A stretch of DNA of 64,000 bases from Auanema rhodensis (taxonomy: Eukaryota; Animalia; Nematoda). The stretch lies in the NCBI GenBank assembly GCA_964057225.1, contig OZ059894.1, positions 2,542,001-2,606,000 of the forward strand, given 5' to 3'. Below the pieces are notes generated by a model. The model searched no databases. It was given only the letters and a program-made list of their open reading frames with translations, and was not told the DNA's origin. How positions within the stretch are numbered: position 1 is the first letter of the stretch; every line of letters starts with the position of its first letter. Positions 1 to 13,149 of this stretch are shown in pieces. Position numbers and translations under genes: made by a program.

Positions 1-351
1 AAAAATCCGCATCGAATGCACTATACCACATTGAGAAACGCTCAATACAAAAATTAGTTATGATCGTTTGAAAAATGATGCATTAGTGTATGTTGAGTTT
101 CCATGTACACTCAACATTGCTTCCAAAAACATTTTGACAAAAATTTTTTCGAAAAATTTCAAAATAATTTAGCAAAAAGTAGATGTTTTTAGATTCCTTT
201 TTTCAAGGCGAAGACGATGGACATTGTTATTCAACGAAAAAATTAATTCTTCAGGGTGAAAATCGAGGATATAAGTGTGAACTTATATCAGTTGATATCT
301 CGGTGCATTTTTAAGCTAGCGCAAATCTGATAACACAGATCGACGCAGCTT
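1..351. repeat. Representative 351-bp monomer (arbitrary phase); ~32% GC, A/T-tract rich, single NheI (315-320), EcoRV (294-299), BsrGI (104-109), BstBI (148-153) and NsiI (78-83) sites
   Basis: Read directly from the sequence; hand count gives 55 C and 58 G in 351 nt. Confidence 0.95.
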
Positions 352-3300
352 ACAAATCCGCATCGAATGCACTATACTACATTGAGAAACGCCTAATACA
401 AAAATTAGTTATGATCGTTTGAAAAATGATGCATTAGTGTATGTTGAGTTTCCATGTACACTCAACATTGCTTCCAAAAACATTTTGACAAAAATTTTTT
501 CGAAAAATTTCAAAATAATTTAGCGAAAAGTAGATGTTTTTAGATTCCTTTTTTCAAGGCAAAGACGATGGACATTGTTATTCAACGAAAAAATTAATTC
601 TTCAGGGTGAAAATCGAGGATATAAGTGTGAACATATATCAGTTGATATCTCGGTGCATTTTTAAGCTAGCGCAAATCTGATAACACAGATCGACGCAGC
701 TTACAAATCCGCATCGAATGCACTATACTACATTAAGAAACGCTCAATAGAAAAATTAGTTATGATCGTTTGAAAAATGATGCATTAGTGTATGTTGAGT
801 TTCCATGTACACTCAACATTGCTTCCAAAAACATTTTGACAAAAATTTTTTCGAAAAATTTCAAAATAATTTAGCAAAAAGTAGATGTTTTTAGATACCT
901 TTTTTTAAGGCAAAGACGATGGACATTGTTATTCAACGAAAAAATTATTTCTTCAGGGTGAAAATCGAGGATATAAGTGTGAACTTATATCAGTTGATAT
1001 CTCGGTGCATTTTTAAGCTAGCGCAAATCTGATAACACAGATCGACGCAGCTTAAAAATCCGCATCGAATGCACTATACTACATTGAGAAACGCTCAATA
1101 CAAAAATTAGTTATGATCGTTTGAAAAATGATGAATTAGTGTATGTTGAGTTTCCATGTACACTCAACATTGCTTCCAAAAACATTTTGACAAAAATTTT
1201 TTCGAGAAATTTCAAAATAATTTAGCAAAAAGTAGATGTTTTTAGATTCCTTTTTTCAAGGCGAAGACGATGGACATTGTTATTCAACGAAAAAATTAAT
1301 TCTTCAGGGTGAAAATCGAGGATATAAGTGTGAACTTATATCAGTTGATATCTCGGTGCATTTTTAAGCTAGCGCAAATCTGATAACACAGATCGACGCA
1401 GCTTACAAATCCGCATCGAATGCACTATACTACATTGAGAAACGCCTAATACAAAAATTAGTTATGATCGTTTGAAAAATGATGCATTAGTGTATGTTGA
1501 GTTTCCATGTACACTCAACATTGCTTCCAAAAACATTTTGACAAAAATTTTTTCGAAAAATTTCAAAATAATTTAGCGAAAAGTAGATGTTTTTAGATTC
1601 CTTTTTTCAAGGCAAAGACGATGGACATTGTTATTCAACGAAAAAATTAATTCTTCAGGGTGAAAATCGAGGATATAAGTGTGAACATATATCAGTTGAT
1701 ATCTCGGTGCATTTTTAAGCTAGCGCAAATCTGATAACACAGATCGACGCAGCTTACAAATCCGCATCGAATGCACTATACTACATTAAGAAACGCTCAA
1801 TAGAAAAATTAGTTATGATCGTTTGAAAAATGATGCATTAGTGTATGTTGAGTTTCCATGTACACTCAACATTGCTTCCAAAAACATTTTGACAAAAATT
1901 TTTTCGAAAAATTTCAAAATAATTTAGCAAAAAGTAGATGTTTTTAGATACCTTTTTTTAAGGCAAAGACGATGGACATTGTTATTCAACGAAAAAATTA
2001 TTTCTTCAGGGTGAAAATCGAGGATATAAGTGTGAACTTATATCAGTTGATATCTCGGTGCATTTTTAAGCTAGCGCAAATCTGATAACACAGATCGACG
2101 CAGCTTAAAAATCCGCATCGAATGCACTATACTACATTGAGAAACGCTCAATACAAAAATTAGTTATGATCGTTTGAAAAATGATGAATTAGTGTATGTT
2201 GAGTTTCCATGTACACTCAACATTGCTTCCAAAAACATTTTGACAAAAATTTTTTCGAGAAATTTCAAAATAATTTAGCAAAAAGTAGATGTTTTTAGAT
2301 TCCTTTTTTCAAGGCGAAGACGATGGACATTGTTATTCAACGAAAAAATTAATTCTTCAGGGTGAAAATCGAGGATATAAGTGTGAACTTATATCAGTTG
2401 ATATCTCGGTGCATTTTTAAGCTAGCGCAAATCTGATAACACAGATCGACGCAGCTTAAAAATCCGCATCGAATGCACTATACTACATTGAGAAACGCTT
2501 AATACAAAAATTAGTTATGATCGTTTGAAAAATGATGCATTAGTGTATGTTGAGTTTCCATGTACACTCAACATTGCTTCCAAAAACATTTTGACAAAAA
2601 TTTTTTCGAAAAATTTCAAAATAATTTAGCAAAAAGTAGATGTTTTTAGATTCCTTTTTTCAAGGCAAAGACGATGGACATTGTTATTCAACGAAAAAAT
2701 TAATTCTTCAGGGTGAAAATCGAGGATATAAGTGTGAACATATATCAGTTGATATCTCGGTGCATTTTTAAGCTAGCGCAAATCTGATAACACAGATCGA
2801 CGCAGCTTAAAAATCCGCATCGAATGCACTATACCACATTGAGAAACGCTCAATACAAAAATTAGTTATGATCGTTTGAAAAATGATGCATTAGTGTATG
2901 TTGAGTTTCCATGTACACTCAACATTGCTTCCAAAAACATTTTGACAAAAATTTTTTCGAAAAATTTCAAAATAATTTAGCAAAAAGTAGATGTTTTTAG
3001 TTTCCTTTTTTCAAGGCGAAGACGATGGACATTGTTATTCAACGAAAAAATTAATTCTTCAGGGTGAAAATCGAGGATATAAGTGTGAACTTATATCAGT
3101 TGATATCTCGGTGCATTTTTAAGCTAGCGCAAATCTGATAACACAGATCGACGCAGCTTAAAAATCCGCATCGAATGCACTATACTACATTGAGAAACGC
3201 TCAATACAAAAATTAGTTATGATCGTTTGAAAAATGATGAATTAGTGTATGTTGAGTTTCCATGTACACTCAACATTGCTTCCAAAAACATTTTGACAAA

Positions 3301-5265
3301 AATTTTTTCGAGAAATTTCAAAATAATTTAGCAAAAAGTAGATGTTTTTAGATTCCTTTTTTCAAGGCGAAGACGATGGACATTGTTATTCAACGAAAAA
3401 ATTAATTCTTCAGGGTGAAAATCGAGGATATAAGTGTGAACTTATATCAGTTGATATCTCGGTGCATTTTTAAGCTAGCGCAAATCTGATAACACAGATC
3501 GACGCAGCTTACAAATCCGCATCGAATGCACTATACTACATTGAGAAACGCCTAATACAAAAATTAGTTATGATCGTTTGAAAAATGATGCATTAGTGTA
3601 TGTTGAGTTTCCATGTACACTCAACATTGCTTCCAAAAACATTTTGACAAAAATTTTTTCGAAAAATTTCAAAATAATTTAGCGAAAAGTAGATGTTTTT
3701 AGATTCCTTTTTTCAAGGCAAAGACGATGGACATTGTTATTCAACGAAAAAATTAATTCTTCAGGGTGAAAATCGAGGATATAAGTGTGAACATATATCA
3801 GTTGATATCTCGGTGCATTTTTAAGCTAGCGCAAATCTGATAACACAGATCGACGCAGCTTACAAATCCGCATCGAATGCACTATACTACATTAAGAAAC
3901 GCTCAATAGAAAAATTAGTTATGATCGTTTGAAAAATGATGCATTAGTGTATGTTGAGTTTCCATGTACACTCAACATTGCTTCCAAAAACATTTTGACA
4001 AAAATTTTTTCGAAAAATTTCAAAATAATTTAGCAAAAAGTAGATGTTTTTAGATACCTTTTTTTAAGGCAAAGACGATGGACATTGTTATTCAACGAAA
4101 AAATTATTTCTTCAGGGTGAAAATCGAGGATATAAGTGTGAACTTATATCAGTTGATATCTCGGTGCATTTTTAAGCTAGCGCAAATCTGATAACACAGA
4201 TCGACGCAGCTTAAAAATCCGCATCGAATGCACTATACTACATTGAGAAACGCTCAATACAAAAATTAGTTATGATCGTTTGAAAAATGATGAATTAGTG
4301 TATGTTGAGTTTCCATGTACACTCAACATTGCTTCCAAAAACATTTTGACAAAAATTTTTTCGAGAAATTTCAAAATAATTTAGCAAAAAGTAGATGTTT
4401 TTAGATTCCTTTTTTCAAGGCGAAGACGATGGACATTGTTATTCAACGAAAAAATTAATTCTTCAGGGTGAAAATCGAGGATATAAGTGTGAACTTATAT
4501 CAGTTGATATCTCGGTGCATTTTTAAGCTAGCGCAAATCTGATAACACAGATCGACGCAGCTTAAAAATCCGCATCGAATGCACTATACTACATTGAGAA
4601 ACGCTTAATACAAAAATTAGTTATGATCGTTTGAAAAATGATGCATTAGTGTATGTTGAGTTTCCATGTACACTCAACATTGCTTCCAAAAACATTTTGA
4701 CAAAAATTTTTTCGAAAAATTTCAAAATAATTTAGCAAAAAGTAGATGTTTTTAGATTCCTTTTTTCAAGGCAAAGACGATGGACATTGTTATTCAACGA
4801 AAAAATTAATTCTTCAGGGTGAAAATCGAGGATATAAGTGTGAACATATATCAGTTGATATCTCGGTGCATTTTTAAGCTAGCGCAAATCTGATAACACA
4901 GATCGACGCAGCTTAAAAATCCGCATCGAATGCACTATACCACATTGAGAAACGCTCAATACAAAAATTAGTTATGATCGTTTGAAAAATGATGCATTAG
5001 TGTATGTTGAGTTTCCATGTACACTCAACATTGCTTCCAAAAACATTTTGACAAAAATTTTTTCGAAAAATTTCAAAATAATTTAGCAAAAAGTAGATGT
5101 TTTTAGTTTCCTTTTTTCAAGGCGAAGACGATGGACATTGTTATTCAACGAAAAAATTAATTCTTCAGGGTGAAAATCGAGGATATAAGTGTGAACTTAT
5201 ATCAGTTGATATCTCGGTGCATTTTCAAGCTAGCGCAAATCTGATAACACAGATCGACGCAGCTT
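352..5265. repeat. Local higher-order repeats: 3-mer (1053 bp) duplication nested in a 6-mer (2106 bp) duplication
   Basis: The private SNP 'ctcaatagaaaa' occurs at 750, 1803 and 3909 (spacings 1053 and 2106). Monomer haplotypes 2-4 match 5-7, and 4-9 match 10-15. Confidence 0.88.
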
Positions 5266-8200
5266 ACAAATCCGCATCGAATGCACTATACTACATTGAG
5301 AAACGCCTAATACAAAAATTAGTTATGATCGTTTGAAAAATGATGCATTAGTGTATGTTGAGTTTCCATGTACACTCAACATTGCTTCCAAAAACATTTT
5401 GACAAAAATTTTTTCGAAAAATTTCAAAATAATTTAGCGAAAAGTAGATGTTTTTAGATTCCTTTTTTCAAGGCAAAGACGATGGACATTGTTATTCAAC
5501 GAAAAAATTAATTCTTCAGGGTGAAAATCGAGGATATAAGTGTGAACATATATCAGTTGATATCTCGGTGCATTTTTAAGCTAGCGCAAATCTGATAACA
5601 CAGATCGACGCAGCTTACAAATCCGCATCGAATGCACTATACTACATTAAGAAACGCCTAATACAAAAATTAGTTATGATCGTTTGAAAAATGATGCATT
5701 AGTGTATGTTGAGTTTCCATGTACACTCAACATTGCTTCCAAAAACATTTTGACAAAAATTTTTTCGAAAAATTTCAAAATAATTTAGCAAAAAGTAGAT
5801 GTTTTTAGATTCCTTTTTTCAAGGCAAAGACGATGGACATTGTTATTCAACGAAAAAATTAATTCTTCAGGGTGAAAATCGAGGATATAAGTGTGAACAT
5901 ATATCAGTTGATATCTCGGTGCATTTTTAAGCTAGCGCAAATCTGATAACACAGATCGACGCAGCTTAAAAATCCGCATCGAATGCACTATACCACATTG
6001 AGAAACGGTCAATACAAAAATTAGTTATGATCGTTTGAAAAATGATGCATTAGTGTATGTTGAGTTTCCATGTACACTCAACATTGCTTCCAAAAACATT
6101 TTGACAAAAATTTTTTCGAAAAATTTCAAAATAATTTAGCAAAAAGTAGATGTTTTTAGATTCCTTTTTTCAAGGCAAAGACGATGGACATTGTTATTCA
6201 ACGAAAAAATTAATTCTTCAGGGTGAAAATCGAGGATATAAGTGTGAACTTATATCAGTTGATATCTCGGTGCATTTTTAAGCTAGCGCAAATCTGATAA
6301 CACAGATCGACGCAGCTTAAAAATCCGCATCGAATGCACTATACCACATTGAGAAACGCTCAATACAAAAATTAGTTATGATCGTTTGAAAAATGATGCA
6401 TTAGTGTATGTTGAGTTTCCATGTACACTCAACATTGCTTCCAAAAACATTTTGACAAAAATTTTTTCGAAAAATTTCAAAATAATTTAGCAAAAAGTAG
6501 ATGTTTTTAGATTCCTTTTTTCAAGGCGAAGACGATGGACATTGTTATTCAACGAAAAAATTAATTCTTCAGGGTGAAAATCGAGGATATAAGTGTGAAC
6601 TTATATCAGTTGATATCTCGGTGCATTTTTAAGCTAGCGCAAATCTGATAACACAGATCGACGCAGCTTACAAATCCGCATCGAATGCACTATACTACAT
6701 TGAGAAACGCCTAATACAAAAATTAGTTATGATCGTTTGAAAAATGATGCATTAGTGTATGTTGAGTTTCCATGTACACTCAACATTGCTTCCAAAAACA
6801 TTTTGACAAAAATTTTTTCGAAAAATTTCAAAATAATTTAGCGAAAAGTAGATGTTTTTAGATTCCTTTTTTCAAGGCAAAGACGATGGACATTGTTATT
6901 CAACGAAAAAATTAATTCTTCAGGGTGAAAATCGAGGATATAAGTGTGAACATATATCAGTTGATATCTCGGTGCATTTTTAAGCTAGCGCAAATCTGAT
7001 AACACAGATCGACGCAGCTTACAAATCCGCATCGAATGCACTATACTACATTAAGAAACGCCTAATACAAAAATTAGTTATGATCGTTTGAAAAATGATG
7101 CATTAGTGTATGTTGAGTTTCCATGTACACTCAACATTGCTTCCAAAAACATTTTGACAAAAATTTTTTCGAAAAATTTCAAAATAATTTAGCAAAAAGT
7201 AGATGTTTTTAGATTCCTTTTTTCAAGGCGAAGACGATGGACATTGTTATTCAACGAAAAAATTAATTCTTCAGGGTGAAAATCGAGGATATAAGTGTGA
7301 TTTTATATCAGTTGATATCTCGGTGCATTTTTAAGCTAGCGCAAATCTGATAACAAAGATCGACGCAGCTTAAAAATCCGCATCGAATGCACTATACTAC
7401 ATTGAGAAACGCTTAATACAAAAAATAGTTATGATCGTTTGAAAAATGATGCATTAGTGTATGTTGAGTTTCCATGTACACTCAACATTGCTTCCAAAAA
7501 CATTTTGACAAAAATTTTTTCGAAAAATTTCAAAATAATTTAGCAAAAAGTAGATGTTTTTAGATTCCTTTTTTCAAGGCAAAGACGATGGACATTGTTA
7601 TTCAACGAAAAAATTAATTCTTCAGGGTGAAAATCGAGGATATAAGTGTGAACATATATCAGTTGATATCTCGGTGCATTTTTAAGCTAGCGCAAATCTG
7701 ATAACACAGATCGACGCAGCTTAAAAATCCGCATCGAATGCACTATACCACATTGAGAAACGGTCAATACAAAAATTAGTTATGATCGTTTGAAAAATGA
7801 TGCATTAGTGTATGTTGAGTTTCCATGTACACTCAACATTGCTTCCAAAAACATTTTGACAAAAATTTTTTCGAAAAATTTCAAAATAATTTAGCAAAAA
7901 GTAGATGTTTTTAGATTCCTTTTTTCAAGGCAAAGACGATGGACATTGTTATTCAACGAAAAAATTAATTCTTCAGGGTGAAAATCGAGGATATAAGTGT
8001 GAACTTATATCAGTTGATATCTCGGTGCATTTTTAAGCTAGCGCAAATCTGATAACACAGATCGACGCAGCTTAAAAATCCGCATCGAATGCACTATACC
8101 ACATTGAGAAACGCTCAATACAAAAATTAGTTATGATCGTTTGAAAAATGATGCATTAGTGTATGTTGAGTTTCCATGTACACTCAACATTGCTTCCAAA

Positions 8201-11200
8201 AACATTTTGACAAAAATTTTTTCGAAAAATTTCAAAATAATTTAGCGAAAAGTAGATGTTTTTAGATTCCTTTTTTCAAGGCAAAGACGATGGACATTGT
8301 TATTCAACGAAAAAATTAATTCTTCAGGGTGAAAATCGAGGATATAAGTGTGAACATATATCAGTTGATATCTCGGTGCATTTTTAAGCTAGCGCAAATC
8401 TGATAACACAGATCGACGCAGCTTACAAATCCGCATCGAATGCACTATACTACATTAAGAAACGCCTAATACAAAAATTAGTTATGATCGTTTGAAAAAT
8501 GATGCATTAGTGTATGTTGAGTTTCCATGTACACTCAACATTGCTTCCAAAAACATTTTGACAAAAATTTTTTCGAAAAATTTCAAAATAATTTAGCAAA
8601 AAGTAGATGTTTTTAGATTCCTTTTTTCAAGGCGAAGACGATGGACATTGTTATTCAACGAAAAAATTAATTCTTCAGGGTGAAAATCGAGGATATAAGT
8701 GTGAACTTATATCAGTTGATATCTCGGTGCATTTTTAAGCTAGCGCAAATCTGATAACACAGATCGACGCAGCTTACAAATCCGCATCGAATGCACTATA
8801 CTACATTGAGAAACGCCTAATACAAAAATTAGTTATGATCGTTTGAAAAATGATGCATTAGTGTATGTTGAGTTTCCATGTACACTCAACATTGCTTCCA
8901 AAAACATTTTGACAAAAATTTTTTCGAAAAATTTCAAAATAATTTAGCAAAAAGTAGATGTTTTTAGATTCCTTTTTTTAAGGCAAAGACGATGGACATT
9001 GTTATTCAACGAAAAAATTAATTCTTCAGGGTGAAAATCGAGGATATAAGTGTGAACATATATCAGTTGATATCTCGGTGCATTTTTAAGCTAGCGCAAA
9101 TCTGATAACACAGATCGACGCAGCTTACAAATCCGCATCGAATGCACTATACTACATTGAGAAACGCTTAATACAAAAATTAGTTATGATCGTTTGAAAA
9201 ATGATGCATTAGTGTATGTTGAGTTTCCATGTACACTCAACATTGCTTCCAAAAACATTTTGACAAAAATTTTTTCGAAAAATTTCAAAATAATTTAGCA
9301 AAAAGTAGATGTTTTTAGAATCCTTTTTTCAAGGCAAAGACGATGGACATTGTTATTCAACGAAAAAATTAATTCTTCAGGGTGAAAATCGAGGATATAA
9401 GTGTGAACATATATCAGTTGATATCTCGGTGCATTTTTAAGCTAGCGCAAATCTGATAACACAGATCGACGCAGCTTAAAAATCCGCATCGAATGCCTTA
9501 TACCACATTGAGAAACGCTCAATACAAAAATTAGTTATGATCGTTTGAAAAATGATGCATTAGTGTATGTTGAGTTTCCATGTACACTCAACATTGCTTC
9601 CAAAAACATTTTGACAAAAATTTTTTCGAAAAATTTCAAAATAATTTAGCAAAAAGTAGATGTTTTTAGATTCCTTTTTTCAAGGCGAAGACGATGGACA
9701 TTGTTATTCAACGAAAAAATTAATTCTTCAGGGTGAAAATCGAGGATATAAGTGTGAACTTATATCAGTTGATATCTCGGTGCATTTTTAAGCTAGCGCA
9801 AATCTGATAACACAGATCGACGCAGCTTACAAATCCGCATCGAATGCACTATACTACATTGAGAAACGCCTAATACAAAAATTAGTTATGATCGTTTGAA
9901 AAATGATGCATTAGTGTATGTTGAGTTTCCATGTACACTCAACATTGCTTCCAAAAACATTTTGACAAAAATTTTTTCGAAAAATTTCAAAATAATTTAG
10001 CAAAACGTAGATGTTTTTAGATTCCTTTTTTCAAGGCAAAGACGATGGACATTGTTATTCAACGAAAAAATTAATTCTTCAGGGTGAAAATCGAGGATAT
10101 AAGTGTGAACATATATCAGTTGATATCTCGGTGCATTTTTAAGCTAGCGCAAATCTGATAACACAGATCGACGCAGCTTACAAATCCGCATCGAATGCAC
10201 TATACTACATTGAGAAACGCCTAATACAAAAATTAGTTATGATCGTTTGAAAAATGATGCATTAGTGTATGTTGAGTTTCCATGTACACTCAACATTGCT
10301 TCCAAAAACATTTTGACAAAAATTTTTTCGAAAAATTTCAAAATAATTTAGCGAAAAGTAGATGTTTTTAGATTCCTTTTTTCAAGGCAAAGACGATGGA
10401 CATTGTTATTCAACGAAAAAATTAATTCTTCAGGGTGAAAATCGAGGATATAAGTGTGAACATATATCAGTTGATATCTCGGTGCATTTTTAAGCTAGCG
10501 CAAATCTGATAACACAGATCGACGCAGCTTACAAATCCGCATCGAATGCACTATACTACATTAAGAAACGCCTAATACAAAAATTAGTTATGATCGTTTG
10601 AAAAATGATGAATTAGTGTATGTTGAGTTTCCATGTACACTCAACATTGCTTCCAAAAACATTTTGACAAAAATTTTTTCGAGAAATTTCAAAATAATTT
10701 AGCAAAAAGTAGATGTTTTTAGATTCCTTTTTTCAAGGCGAAGACGATGGACATTGTTATTCAACGAAAAAATTAATTCTTCAGGGTGAAAATCGAGGAT
10801 ATAAGTGTGAACTTATATCAGTTGATATCTCGGTGCATTTTTAAGCTAGCGCAAATCTGATAACACAGATCGACGCAGCTTAAAAATCCGCATCGAATGC
10901 ACTATACTACATTGAGAAACGCTTAATACAAAAATTAGTTATGATCGTTTGAAAAATGATGCATTAGTGTATGTTGAGTTTCCATGTACACTCAACATTG
11001 CTTCCAAAAACATTTTGACAAAAATTTTTTCGAAAAATTTCAAAATAATTTAGCAAAAAGTAGATGTTTTTAGATTCCTTTTTTCAAGGCAAAGACGATG
11101 GACATTGTTATTCAACGAAAAAATTAATTCTTCAGGGTGAAAATCGAGGATATAAGTGTGATTTTATATCAGTTGATATCTCGGTGCATTTTTAAGCTAG

Positions 11201-13149
11201 CGCAAATCTGATAACACAGATCGACGCAGCTTAAAAATCCGCATCGAATGCACTATACTACATTGAGAAACGCTTAATACAAAAATTAGTTATGATCGTT
11301 TGAAAAATGATGCATTAGTGTATGTTGAGTTTCCATGTACACTCAACATTGCTTCCAAAAACATTTTGACAAAAATTTTTTCGAAAAATTTCAAAATAAT
11401 TTAGCAAAAAGTAGATGTTTTTAGATTCCTTTTTTCAAGGCAAAGACGATGGACATTGTTATTCAACGAAAAAATTAATTCTTCAGGGTGAAAATCGAGG
11501 ATATAAGTGTGAACATATATCAGTTGATATCTCGGTGCATTTTTAAGCTAGCGCAAATCTGATAACACAGATCGACGCAGCTCAAAAATCCGCATCGAAT
11601 GCACTATACCACATTGAGAAATTGTCAATACAAAAATTAGTTATGATCGTTTGAAAAATGATGCATTAGTGTATGTTGAGTTTCCATGTACACTCAACAT
11701 TGCTTCCAAAAACATTTTGACAAAAATTTTTTCGAAAAATTTCAAAATAATTTAGCAAAAAGTAGATGTTTTTAGATTCCTTTTTTCAAGGCAAAGACGA
11801 TGGACATTGTTATTCAACGAAAAAATTAATTCTTCAGGGTGAAAATCGAGGATATAAGTGTGAACTTATATCAGTTGATATCTCGGTGCATTTTTAAGCT
11901 AGCGCAAATCTGATAACACAGATCGACGCAGCTTAAAAATCCGCATCGAATGCACTATACCACATTGAGAAACGCTCAATACAAAAATTAGTTATGATCG
12001 TTTGAAAAATGATGCATTAGTGTATGTTGAGTTTCCATGTACACTCAACATTGCTTCCAAAAACATTTTGACAAAAATTTTTTCGAAAAATTTCAAAATA
12101 ATTTAGCGAAAAGTAGATGTTTTTAGATTCCTTTTTTCAAGGCAAAGACGATGGACATTGTTATTCAACGAAAAAATTAATTCTTCAGGGTGAAAATCGA
12201 GGATATAAGTGTGAACATATATCAGTTGATATCTCGGTGCATTTTTAAGCTAGCGCAAATCTGATAACACAGATCGACGCAGCTTACAAATCCGCATCGA
12301 ATGCACTATACTACATTAAGAAACGCCTAATACAAAAATTAGTTATGATCGTTTGAAAAATGATGCATTAGTGTATGTTGAGTTTCCATGTACACTCAAC
12401 ATTGCTTCCAAAAACATTTTGACAAAAATTTTTTCGAAAAATTTCAAAATAATTTAGCAAAAAGTAGATGTTTTTAGATTCCTTTTTTCAAGGCGAAGAC
12501 GATGGACATTGTTATTCAACGAAAAAATTAATTCTTCAGGGTGAAAATCGAGGATATAAGTGTGAACTTATATCAGTTGATATCTCGGTGCATTTTTAAG
12601 CTAGCGCAAATCTGATAACACAGATCGACGCAGCTTACAAATCCGCATCGAATGCACTATACTACATTGAGAAACGCCTAATACAAAAATTAGTTATGAT
12701 CGTTTGAAAAATGATGCATTAGTGTATGTTGAGTTTCCATGTACACTCAACATTGCTTCCAAAAACATTTTGACAAAAATTTTTTCGAAAAATTTCAAAA
12801 TAATTTAGCAAAAAGTAGATGTTTTTAGATTCCTTTTTTCAAGGCAAAGACGATGGACATTGTTATTCAACGAAAAAATTAATTCTTCAGGGTGAAAATC
12901 GAGGATATAAGTGTGAACATATATCAGTTGATATCTCGGTGCATTTTTAAGCTAGCGCAAATCTGATAACACAGATCGACGCAGCTTACAAATCCGCATC
13001 GAATGCACTATACTACATTGAGAAACGCTTAATACAAAAATTAGTTATGATCGTTTGAAAAATGATGCATTAGTGTATGTTGAGTTTCCATGTACACTCA
13101 ACATTGCTTCCAAAAACATTTTGACAAAAATTTTTTCGAAAAATTTCAA

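Noticed and set aside
147-163. CENP-B box
   Set aside because: TTCG and the central A match, but the essential CGGG is absent.
200-256. Hammerhead ribozyme: minus-strand CTGAAGA (complement of tcttcag) with downstream GAAA; plus-strand ctgataa
   Set aside because: No stem II can form between CUGAAGA and the next GAAA, and the plus-strand motif does not match CUGANGA. An Infernal/Rfam search would settle it.
1-351. 351 is divisible by 3, so the array could encode a 117-aa repeat protein
   Set aside because: Every plus-strand frame contains stops within each monomer, and no minus-strand ORF is listed.
1-351. 5S rRNA, tRNA, snRNA or spliced-leader tandem gene cluster
   Set aside because: I recognise no such RNA sequence, cloverleaf or Pol III boxes in the monomer.
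1-351. Identity with known ~350-360-bp insect satellites (Drosophila 1.688/359 family, tenebrionid beetle satellites), or an internal 2x175 dimer structure
   Set aside because: Only length and AT-richness are similar. I cannot support a sequence match or half-monomer homology without alignment or BLAST.
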